A stretch of DNA of 31,927 nt, taken from Promethearchaeia archaeon (GTDB taxonomy: Archaea > Asgardarchaeota > Lokiarchaeia > Sigyniarchaeales > SOKP01). The notes under the pieces were generated by a model. The model had not been told where the DNA came from and did no database searches. It saw nothing but the letters and a program-made list of their open reading frames with translations. Shown here piece after piece: positions 1-8,970 of the stretch. The position numbers and the translations under genes were made by a program. Each line of letters opens with the position of its first letter. Position 1 is the first letter of the stretch. The stretch is from positions 1 to 31,927 of the forward strand of contig JAHQWH010000115.1 in the NCBI GenBank assembly GCA_029856105.1, given 5' to 3'.

Positions 1-1760
1 AATTATTCCCCCATAATACTGTCCATTATTTTGTTTCATATTACGATTATTACCAACCCGAAGCATATCTTCCGGTAACAGGTATGTACATTGAGAAAGA
101 TTTTAGCGTAAATGAAGAGATTGAAAGATTAAGATTAGCTGCCACCCACGCAATTAGGACCCGAAATGATGTAATAATAGTCGCAACGGTTTCTTGCATT
201 TATGGAATTGGAGATCCGAAAGTTTGGACGGCCATATCTATAAACCTCGAAGTGGGTCAAAAGATTAAGAGGAAGGATATCATCAAGAGATTAATATTAA
301 TGAATTATGAGAGAAAAGATATCGAATTTAAACCAGGGATCCTAAGAGTTAGAGGAGATATAATAGATATCTTTCCAGCTTACTTAAATACTGCTATTCG
401 CATATCCTTATTTGGAGATGAAATCGAATCTATTAAAGAAATTCATCATGTATCAAATAATATAATAAAAGATTTATCTAATTGTAGAATTTTTCCCGCA
501 ACTCATTTTATTATACCAGAAGAAAATAAAGTAAAAGCCTTGGTTTCAATAGAGGAAGAGTTAGAAATCCAAATAGCAAAATTCATGAAGGAAAAAAGAT
601 ACGCTGAAGCGCAATGGATTGAGAAAAGAACTAAGTTTGATCTCGAAATGATGAGGGAAATGGGATGGTGTAAAGGAGTAGAAAACTATTCTAGACACTT
701 AGATGGAAGGCCTCCCGGTAGTCCCCCAATGTGCTTAATCGATTACTTTCCAGAAGACTTTTTAATTGTTGTTGATGAGAGTCATATAACGATTCCGCAA
801 ATTCATGGAATGATAGGTGGAGATAGATCGAGAAAAAAGAATCTCGTGGACTTTGGATGGAGATTGCCATCGGCATACGATAATAGACCTTTAAAATTCG
901 AAGAATGGGAATCAAAGATAAAATATATAATTTTTATGAGTGCAACTCCTGGAAATTGGGAGTTAGAAAAGAGTAGTGGCATTTCCGCAGAACAAATAAT
1001 TAGACCGACTGGATTAGTTGATCCTGAAGTGGAGATTCGTCCTGCAAAAAATCAGATTGATGATCTATTAGACGAAATTAGAAAAGTAATTAAAAACAAA
1101 GGTAGAGTTTTAGTAACAACTCTTACAAAACGAATGTCAGAAGATATAGCGGAATATTACGCTGAACTTGGTTTAAAAATCGCTTACTTACATTCCGAAG
1201 GAGGTACGGTAGAAAGATTTGAAATATTAAGATCTCTAAGGGATGGTACTTACGATGTTTTAGTTGGGATTAATCTCCTAAGAGAAGGCTTAGATTTGCC
1301 TGAAGTAAAACTAGTTGCTATTTTAGATGCAGATAAATTAGGGTTTCTGAGAGATACAAGATCGCTAATTCAAACTATTGGAAGAGCTTCTCGAAATGTA
1401 GATGGAAGAGCAATTTTATACGCAGGGAGAATTACTCCCGCGATGAAGGCAGCAATAGACGAAACTAACAGAAGAAGAAAGAAACAAGTAGATTATAACA
1501 AAAAAAATAATATCACTCCTCAAACGATAAAAAAAAACATTTTAAAATCACTTTCAGAAGAAAAAGAATTCAAGGAGAAAGAAACAACCAAATTAAAAAG
1601 AAGGATTAGGGATAGGATTGAAGAGCTAGAAAAAGAAGGAGACAAAGATGTGATCATTCACTATCTTGAAAACAAAATGTTCTTGGCAGCTAAAGAACTT
1701 AGGTTTGAAGATGCTGCTTATTTAAGAGATAAAATAAAGGCAATAAAGGAAGATTATTAA
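1..1760 (+). CDS. uvrB: Excinuclease ABC subunit B (UvrB), 5'-truncated by the window edge
   Basis: The frame is open from position 3 (LFPHNTVHYFVSYYDYYQPEAYLP, the UvrB beta-hairpin motif), so ATG 84 is internal. Also DESH, MSATPG, QIIRPTGLVDP, INLLREGLDLPEV, QTIGRASRN and a C-terminal UVR domain (AAKELRFEDAAYLRDKI). Confidence 0.97.
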   Translation, partial: LFPHNTVHYFVSYYDYYQPEAYLPVTGMYIEKDFSVNEEIERLRLAATHAIRTRNDVIIVATVSCIYGIGDPKVWTAISINLEVGQKIKRKDIIKRLILMNYERKDIEFKPGILRVRGDIIDIFPAYLNTAIRISLFGDEIESIKEIHHVSNNIIKDLSNCRIFPATHFIIPEENKVKALVSIEEELEIQIAKFMKEKRYAEAQWIEKRTKFDLEMMREMGWCKGVENYSRHLDGRPPGSPPMCLIDYFPEDFLIVVDESHITIPQIHGMIGGDRSRKKNLVDFGWRLPSAYDNRPLKFEEWESKIKYIIFMSATPGNWELEKSSGISAEQIIRPTGLVDPEVEIRPAKNQIDDLLDEIRKVIKNKGRVLVTTLTKRMSEDIAEYYAELGLKIAYLHSEGGTVERFEILRSLRDGTYDVLVGINLLREGLDLPEVKLVAILDADKLGFLRDTRSLIQTIGRASRNVDGRAILYAGRITPAMKAAIDETNRRRKKQVDYNKKNNITPQTIKKNILKSLSEEKEFKEKETTKLKRRIRDRIEELEKEGDKDVIIHYLENKMFLAAKELRFEDAAYLRDKIKAIKEDY

Positions 1761-1814
1761 GTATAAGCGTGAAACTTTTCTTTTATTATGAATTGAAGGT
1801 TAATAGGAGCAACC

Positions 1815-4697
1815 ATGATTGTAGATTCTATTATTATAAAAGGAGCTAGGCAAAACAATTTAAAAAACATAGATGTAGTAATTCCAAGAAATAAATTAGT
1901 AGTCATAACTGGAATTAGTGGAAGTGGAAAGTCATCGCTTGCTATGGACACTCTGTATGCGGAGGGACAAAGAAGGTTTCTTGAATCTTTATCAAGCTAT
2001 GCCAGACAATTTCTTGGTGAAATGGATAAGCCAGATGTAGATTCTATAGAAGGTTTATCTCCTGCTATAGCTATAGAACAAAAACCCTTGTCAAAGAACC
2101 CTCGAAGTACGGTAGGAACGGTCACAGAAATATATGATTATTATAGACTACTATTTGCCAATATTGGGATTCCTCACTGTCCTAATTGTGGCAAAGAAAT
2201 CAGACCGCAAACACCTCAACAAATTATTCAACAAATATTAGATTCTATAGAAGAGAATCAAAAATTTATCGTTAAAGCACCCGTTATCCGAGATCGAAAG
2301 GGAGAATATAAGGACCTTCTTAAAGATCTCAAAAAACAAGGATATGTCCGGGTTGAGGTAGATGGGATTCAATATACTTTAGACGAAGATATCCCTATGG
2401 ACAAGAATGTAAAACATCATATTAATGTAATTCTTGATAGATTAGTAATGAAAAAGGATATCAAAACCAGATTAGCAGATTCAATCGAAAACGCTTTAAA
2501 TCTATCGGATGGAATCGTTGTTGTAGAAATTCTTGAAAAGGAAGAACAGACCTATTCTGAGCATTTAGCGTGCGTTGATTGTAGTATTTCTTTTCCCCCT
2601 ATTAACCATAAAATGTTCTCATTTAACATACCACACGGTAGTTGCAAATATTGTAGTGGATTAGGGACTGTAATGGAATTCGATTACGAATTGGTATTAG
2701 GAAAAGATTCTGATGTTCCACTTCAAGAAACTCCGATTAGAAACATACCTGGTTTTGGTACTTTAACGGGATATTCTTGGCAATCCATAAGTCAAGTTGC
2801 TGAACATTACAAGTTTGATACCGATAAAACAGCGATAAAGAATATCGATCCAAAAAAGTTGCATAAGATTTTATTTGGAACGGAAGATGAAGTAGTAGAA
2901 TTCCATTTCGAAAGCGAAAATAATGGTTTTGGAAATCAAAATAATCAAAAAAATGAAATAAAATCGTCATATCATGTTGCTAGACCATTCGAAGGGATAA
3001 TTCCTATACTACATAGAAGATATATGGAAACACGTTCAGAGTGGGCTAGAGATATTTACGAAAGTTTTATGAATCGAATTGATTGCCCACAGTGTAAAGG
3101 TCAAAGACTAAGACCTGAAAGTCTATCAATCATCATAGAGAATCTTAATATTGCTGAATTATCCGATTTATCTGTCAAAGACTCATTGAATTATTTTAAA
3201 AAATTAAAGTTGAACGAGCTTCAAAAAAAGATCGTAAAGGATGTATTAAAGGAAATTCTAGATCGTTTATCTTTCTTAGAAAATGTTGGATTGGATTACA
3301 TAACTTTAAGCCGAAGATCACACACGCTCTCTGTAGGAGAAGCTGAAAGAATTAGGCTGGCAACTCAATTAGGCTCCCGTTTGGTTGGTGTGTTGTACGT
3401 GTTAGATGAACCTTCTGTAGGTTTACACCAACGAGATATTTCACAATTGATACAGATGTTAAAGAAGTTAAGAGATTTAGGGAATACCGTAATCGTTGTA
3501 GAACACGACGATGAAATTATGCGTAAAGCCGATCATATTATAGACCTCGGACCTTTAGCAGGCGAGAACGGGGGAGAGGTCGTTGCTGAAGGACCTATTG
3601 AAGTTATTTTAGAATCAAAATCCTTGACCGGTAAATATTTATCTGGGAAAAAAAAGATTGAAGTCCCTAAAAAAAGACGAACCATTAACGACGAATTTAT
3701 TGAAATTAAAGGTGCGCGAGAAAATAACCTAAAAAATATTAGTATCAAGATTCCTTTGGGGATATTTACGTGTATTACAGGCGTTTCGGGAGCGGGGAAA
3801 ACAAGTTTGATAATCGATTGTTTATATAAGGGACTACATAACATTGTAAATACTCGCAGTTCGCGTTTAAGCACGGGCGATTTTGACGAATTAAAAGGTC
3901 ACGATAAGATTGATAAAATAATTAACATAGATCAATCTCCAATTGGAAGAACTCCTCGGTCGGTCCCAGCCACTTATACTAAGGCATTAGATTATATAAG
4001 AGATATTTTCGCTAAACTTGAAGAATCAAGAGAGAGGGGTTATAAGAAAGGAAGATTCAGCTTCAATACTAAAGAAGGGCACTGTAAAAAATGTAAAGGT
4101 ACGGGTTACATTCTTAAAGAGATGTATTTTCTTCCGGATGTTTACATTAGATGTGATTTGTGCAACGGAAAGAGATACAACGCTGAAACCTTAGAAATTA
4201 AATTTAAGGGAAACACGATTTCAGATGTACTTAAAATGACATTTCATCAAGCACTCGAATTTTTCGATAGCATTCCAAATTTAAAAAGAACTTTAAAAAC
4301 TGTAGTAGATGTTGGATTAGGATATCTAGAGTTGGGTCAATCTTCAACCACCTTGAGTGGAGGAGAATCTCAACGTGTGAAGATAGCAAGAGAACTAAGA
4401 AAAACAAGCACAGGGAATACATTATATATACTTGATGAACCAACTACAGGATTGCATGCCCATGACATAAACTTTTTATTGAAAGTACTTCAAAAATTGG
4501 TTGATAAAGGTAATACAGTAATAGTAATAGAGCATAATATGGATGTAATAAAATCTGTAGATTATTTAATAGATCTTGGACCTGAGGGTGGAGAAAAAGG
4601 TGGAGAATTAGTCGTAAAAGGAACGCCAGAAGAGATTATTAATGATAAAATGTCTTATACCGCAAAATATCTTAAAAGATATTTAAATCACAGCTAA
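1815..4697 (+). CDS. uvrA: Excinuclease ABC subunit A (UvrA)
   Basis: Two ABC cassettes: GARQNNLKN/GISGSGKSS and GARENNLKN/GVSGAGKTS, Walker B LDEPS and LDEPT, signature LSGGESQR, several CxxC zinc-binding pairs. Adjacent to uvrB. Confidence 0.98.
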   Translation: MIVDSIIIKGARQNNLKNIDVVIPRNKLVVITGISGSGKSSLAMDTLYAEGQRRFLESLSSYARQFLGEMDKPDVDSIEGLSPAIAIEQKPLSKNPRSTVGTVTEIYDYYRLLFANIGIPHCPNCGKEIRPQTPQQIIQQILDSIEENQKFIVKAPVIRDRKGEYKDLLKDLKKQGYVRVEVDGIQYTLDEDIPMDKNVKHHINVILDRLVMKKDIKTRLADSIENALNLSDGIVVVEILEKEEQTYSEHLACVDCSISFPPINHKMFSFNIPHGSCKYCSGLGTVMEFDYELVLGKDSDVPLQETPIRNIPGFGTLTGYSWQSISQVAEHYKFDTDKTAIKNIDPKKLHKILFGTEDEVVEFHFESENNGFGNQNNQKNEIKSSYHVARPFEGIIPILHRRYMETRSEWARDIYESFMNRIDCPQCKGQRLRPESLSIIIENLNIAELSDLSVKDSLNYFKKLKLNELQKKIVKDVLKEILDRLSFLENVGLDYITLSRRSHTLSVGEAERIRLATQLGSRLVGVLYVLDEPSVGLHQRDISQLIQMLKKLRDLGNTVIVVEHDDEIMRKADHIIDLGPLAGENGGEVVAEGPIEVILESKSLTGKYLSGKKKIEVPKKRRTINDEFIEIKGARENNLKNISIKIPLGIFTCITGVSGAGKTSLIIDCLYKGLHNIVNTRSSRLSTGDFDELKGHDKIDKIINIDQSPIGRTPRSVPATYTKALDYIRDIFAKLEESRERGYKKGRFSFNTKEGHCKKCKGTGYILKEMYFLPDVYIRCDLCNGKRYNAETLEIKFKGNTISDVLKMTFHQALEFFDSIPNLKRTLKTVVDVGLGYLELGQSSTTLSGGESQRVKIARELRKTSTGNTLYILDEPTTGLHAHDINFLLKVLQKLVDKGNTVIVIEHNMDVIKSVDYLIDLGPEGGEKGGELVVKGTPEEIINDKMSYTAKYLKRYLNHS

Positions 4698-4822
4698 AAT
4701 CACTATTTTTAGACTAAAGATTTTTACTATTCATTCAATAAATTCTAAATCGATTGATACTTTTTTTAATTATTGCAAATATTTAGAGAAATTTAATTAA
4801 TTTTTTCAAATAGTGATTGTAA

Positions 4823-6631
4823 ATGAACGCTAAATCTGAATCCAAGACTATCCGCGCTCCAATCGCGTGTATTTTAGGTCATATTGATCACGGTAAGACC
4901 TCTCTATTAGATTATATTCGAGGGACGGTAGTACAACAAAGAGAAGCCGCTGGAATTACGCAACACATAGGAGCGTCTTATTTTCCAACAGATGATATTA
5001 GAGCGTTTTTAAGGAAATCAAAACAAGAATTTGCTAACAAAGAAATTCAATTACCTGGAATACTAATTATCGACACTCCAGGTCACGCCGCGTTTATGAA
5101 TCTTAGGAAAAGAGGTGGCGCCATCGCGGATATTGCGATTTTAGTAATTGATGTAACCGCTGGAAACATGCCAATTACGTGGGAATCTGTTAGAATTTTA
5201 AGAGAGCGAAAAGTACCTTTTGTTATTGCGGCTAATAAAATCGATAGGATTTCTGGGTGGAAATCTACTAAAGACGCAGACTTTTTAGACTCATACAATA
5301 AGCAAAGACCCCATGTAAAAGATTTCCTTGACGAAAAGCTAATACAGATTGGCGTAGATTTCTTACAAGAAGGCTTCAAAGGAATCGATCGATACGATAA
5401 GATAAAAGATTTTACTAAAAAAATAGCTATCGTGCCTACAAGTGCTAAAACCGGAGAAGGAATATCTACCTTACTAATGGTTTTAATGGGTTTAGTACAG
5501 CAATTTTTAACGGAAAACTTGAAGTTCTCGGAAGGTCCAGCTAAAGGCGTTGTTTTGGAAGTGAAGAAAGAAAAAGGACAAGGCATTACTATGGATGTTT
5601 TAATTTACGATGGCATCATTAACAAAGGAGACGAGTTTATTGTTGGTGGTTTAGAAAAACCTATTAAATCTAAAGTTCGTGCGTTATTAAGACCCAAACC
5701 TTTGGATGAAATAAGAGATCCGCGACAAAAATTTGATTTTGAAGAATTTGTAAGTGCTGCATCAGGAATTAAAATTTTAGCCCCTAATATAGACGATGTC
5801 GTTGCGGGCTCGCCATTTAGAACCATTGGAAACCCTTCTGAGGAAGAAATGATATATAATGATATATTGGAAGAAGTTCAGAATATACGGATAAAAACAG
5901 ATAAAGCAGGCGTTGTCTTGAAAGCTGACACTTTAGGATCGCTGGAAGCTTTAGAAAATCATTTTACAAAAAATGGTGTGAAAATATGTATTGCCGATGT
6001 TGGTTCAATTAAGAAAGAAGATATTATGAATGCAAATTTAGTTAAACTTCTGGATCCATATTCAGCAGTTGTTCTAGGTTTTAACGTAGCTATTTTGCCC
6101 GAGGCTGAAGAACAAGCAATAATGGATAATGTTAGAATTTTTACAAATAACGTTATTTATCGCTTACTTGAAGATTATATTGAGTATGCAGAAATAAGAA
6201 AAGCTGAAGAAACCGCAAAAGGATTAAGCGAATTAGTATTGCCAGCAAAGCTACAAATGATTCCCGATTTTATTTTTAGAAACTCAGATCCCGCAGTTTT
6301 TGGTGTACTTATAGAAGCAGGAACTTTATACCCGAAAGTTCCTTTAATAACTGCGAAAGGAGTAAAAGCTAGAAGAGTTCACCAAATTCAAGATAAAGGG
6401 AAGACAGTAGAGAAAGCTGGAAAAGATACCGAAGTTGCTATTTCTATTCGTGGCATAGAAATAGGAAGAGATATAGGAAAAGACGAAACCTTATATGTTA
6501 ATGTACCCGAATCTCATGTAAGGCAATTAATGGGAAAGTTTCTCGATGAATTAACGGTAGATCAAAAGCAAGCTTTACGAGAATATATTATAATCCAACG
6601 TAAACTCCAACATCCTTGGTGGGGAATGTAA
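4823..6631 (+). CDS. infB: Archaeal translation initiation factor IF-2 (aIF5B)
   Basis: IRAPIACILGHIDHGKTS, EAAGITQHIGA, DTPGH, NKID, SAKTGEG, KADTLGSLEAL. The 602-aa size and C-terminal ...PWWG are typical of archaeal aIF5B. Confidence 0.96.
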   Translation: MNAKSESKTIRAPIACILGHIDHGKTSLLDYIRGTVVQQREAAGITQHIGASYFPTDDIRAFLRKSKQEFANKEIQLPGILIIDTPGHAAFMNLRKRGGAIADIAILVIDVTAGNMPITWESVRILRERKVPFVIAANKIDRISGWKSTKDADFLDSYNKQRPHVKDFLDEKLIQIGVDFLQEGFKGIDRYDKIKDFTKKIAIVPTSAKTGEGISTLLMVLMGLVQQFLTENLKFSEGPAKGVVLEVKKEKGQGITMDVLIYDGIINKGDEFIVGGLEKPIKSKVRALLRPKPLDEIRDPRQKFDFEEFVSAASGIKILAPNIDDVVAGSPFRTIGNPSEEEMIYNDILEEVQNIRIKTDKAGVVLKADTLGSLEALENHFTKNGVKICIADVGSIKKEDIMNANLVKLLDPYSAVVLGFNVAILPEAEEQAIMDNVRIFTNNVIYRLLEDYIEYAEIRKAEETAKGLSELVLPAKLQMIPDFIFRNSDPAVFGVLIEAGTLYPKVPLITAKGVKARRVHQIQDKGKTVEKAGKDTEVAISIRGIEIGRDIGKDETLYVNVPESHVRQLMGKFLDELTVDQKQALREYIIIQRKLQHPWWGM

Positions 6632-6633
6632 AT

Positions 6634-7257
6634 ATGTCTGAAATCCAAAAATTAACCTCTTTATCCAATGACCAGCTAAAATTAGCTAGTGAGGTTTTAA
6701 GCAATGCTTTTCAAGACGATCCTGTTTTTTCTAATTTAATCCCCAATGGTAAGGAAAGACACAATACTTTATTCAAAATTTTTAAATTCCAGATTAAATA
6801 CTGTTTGAAACATGGTGTAGTTATATCCACATCAAATCTGAAAGGAATTTCGTTATGGTTTCCACCTAAAAATACATTCATTTCAATATGGAAATCAATA
6901 AAGATCGGTTCACTTTCTCTTATATTTAAAATTAAGTGGAAAAATTTACATCTTCTAAGAAAAAACGATGATTTTTGTGAGTATTTACATAAAAAATTGG
7001 TCCCAACACCGCATTGGTATTTATCCACTATTGGCATTGACCCGAAACATCAAGGTAGGGGAATTGGAAGAAGAATGTTAAGTTTTATGATGAACTACAT
7101 TGGCAAAGACTATAAAGCCATTTTTCTTGAGACGAATTTAGAAAGAAATATTAAATTATATAAACGTTTTGGCTTTCGAAATTTACATAAGGTTTTAACT
7201 CCCGGAACAAACATTTACCATTGGAGTATGGTAAGGTGCCCAAGTAAGAAGAAATAA
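6634..7257 (+). CDS. GNAT family N-acetyltransferase
   Basis: HWYLSTIGIDPKHQGRGIG acetyl-CoA motif, FLET..NIKLYKRFGF, N-terminal AFQDDP. ATG 6634, 2 nt after the aIF5B stop, is preferred over the overlapping start at 6616. Confidence 0.88.
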   Translation: MSEIQKLTSLSNDQLKLASEVLSNAFQDDPVFSNLIPNGKERHNTLFKIFKFQIKYCLKHGVVISTSNLKGISLWFPPKNTFISIWKSIKIGSLSLIFKIKWKNLHLLRKNDDFCEYLHKKLVPTPHWYLSTIGIDPKHQGRGIGRRMLSFMMNYIGKDYKAIFLETNLERNIKLYKRFGFRNLHKVLTPGTNIYHWSMVRCPSKKK

Positions 7258-7351
7258 TTATAGTGTTTTAAATTCCAAAAGGATAAATTTTGAATTCCTT
7301 TATATTATAACAACAATTTAAACTTTAATCAATTGCTTCAGACTCTTATGT

Positions 7352-8806
7352 ATGACTTTAATAAATGATATTTTTGAAAATATTTTAGAAGATATTACTC
7401 CAACCCAAGAAGAACTCACTCTTATCAACGAAATTATTATAAAACTTAGGAAGATATTAGATGAAAAAGCTCAGCAATTAAATCTTAAATATACAAAAAT
7501 CGAACCTCAAGGCTCTACTGGAATCAAACAAACGCAATTAAAAAACGACTTTGACATCGATCTCTTTGTTGGGTTAGATTATGAACTGTATAGCCCGAAA
7601 TATGATGGCTTAAGCAGAAATAAGTTAAAAAAAGAGTCCAAGAAAGATTTTCTTTATTTATGTAATAATTGGATATTAAAATCTTTAATTACAAAAGAAT
7701 TTCATAATCCTCGACTTTTATATGCCGAACATCCATACGTTACTGTAGATTATTTCATTAATAATGTAAAAATAAAAATTGATATTGTTCTTTATTTTGA
7801 TTTAGAACTGGAATACATAAAAAAATATGGACCTATAACGGCAGTCGATAGATCACCGTGGCACGGTCGCTTTATAAAAGATAATTTATCAATTGAGCAG
7901 AAAAACGATGTAAGGTTGTTAAAGCAATTTTTTAAAGCTAGTCACAGTTATGGCGACAAAAGTGCCGTAGGAAAAGTTGGATTTATTGGTTATAGTGCAG
8001 AGTTACTAATATACTACTACGACAACCTACAGAACCTATTTAACAATTTCAAATTTCTTAAAGAAAAACCTAGCGATTATTACAAGAGAACTTTAAAAGA
8101 GTTGAGAAAGATTCACCATTTCCAAAACGATTACATCATCATTACGGACCCTGTCGATAAAAATCGAAATGTTGCCTCCGCAATTTCAGAAAAAGCATAT
8201 AAGTATTGTAATCAGAGAATAAAGGATTTTATTAATAACCCGAACAAAAGTTTTTTTAAAATTGATAAAATACCTGAAGTTGAGATTTCTAAGATTGACA
8301 ATTCTCTCTTAGCTAAAATCTTTATCGTTGAATTAAAAAACGAAAATAACGAGATACATTACACTATTAATAGAGATAAATTATACTCTATCGGTGAAAA
8401 CATTAAGGCAAACGGAGAAAAAGAATTCTCTCACGCGGAACGATTTGGCAAAATAGAATTTGAAGTCTACTTTGAAGATGATGTTGAGGAATATAATATA
8501 GCTATATTTTGTGAAAAACCTAACATAACAAAAAATTACGAACGAAGAGGACCTCCAATTAAAGAGGAAAATCACGCTAATAAGTTTAGAAAAAAAAATC
8601 CAAACTTTTTTGAAAGGGACGAATTCTTATGGATAGAATCTGAAAGAGAATACACAGAATTCCTTAAATTTTTAAAAGTTTTTGTCAAAAATAAAATTCC
8701 AGAGAATCTAAGAGTTGTTAATATTTCAGAATCTTTCAATGTCAAAAGGGATTCAAGTAAAAGGGCAATATACACGTTAATAAATATGATTCTTCCACAC
8801 GTTTAA
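7352..8806 (+). CDS. cca: Archaeal (class I) CCA-adding tRNA nucleotidyltransferase
   Basis: GS...DIDLF nucleotidyltransferase motif, YAEHPY, TAVDRSPWH, GFIGYSAELL, DPVDKNRNVASAIS, RRGPP. Confidence 0.93.
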   Translation: MTLINDIFENILEDITPTQEELTLINEIIIKLRKILDEKAQQLNLKYTKIEPQGSTGIKQTQLKNDFDIDLFVGLDYELYSPKYDGLSRNKLKKESKKDFLYLCNNWILKSLITKEFHNPRLLYAEHPYVTVDYFINNVKIKIDIVLYFDLELEYIKKYGPITAVDRSPWHGRFIKDNLSIEQKNDVRLLKQFFKASHSYGDKSAVGKVGFIGYSAELLIYYYDNLQNLFNNFKFLKEKPSDYYKRTLKELRKIHHFQNDYIIITDPVDKNRNVASAISEKAYKYCNQRIKDFINNPNKSFFKIDKIPEVEISKIDNSLLAKIFIVELKNENNEIHYTINRDKLYSIGENIKANGEKEFSHAERFGKIEFEVYFEDDVEEYNIAIFCEKPNITKNYERRGPPIKEENHANKFRKKNPNFFERDEFLWIESEREYTEFLKFLKVFVKNKIPENLRVVNISESFNVKRDSSKRAIYTLINMILPHV

Positions 8807-8970
8807 TCTCCGATGAAGACATTGAATAGAAATAAATAAATTAAACAAGGAGTTCTGAAATAGACAATTAATTGCCTAAATACATAAAATTTTTATTTTT
8901 TCTCGTATTTTTCTTCTCAATTATTGAAAATGAATCAAATAAAAATAAAATTATTTTAAGTGAATTTACA

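Noticed and set aside
84-86. ATG 84 as the uvrB start
   Set aside because: The frame is open upstream and encodes the conserved UvrB beta-hairpin; the true start is outside the window.
8872-8970. Hydrophobic N-terminal extension of EF-2 that looks like a signal peptide
   Set aside because: It comes from AT-rich intergenic sequence after a TTG; EF-2-like sequence begins at ATG 8971.
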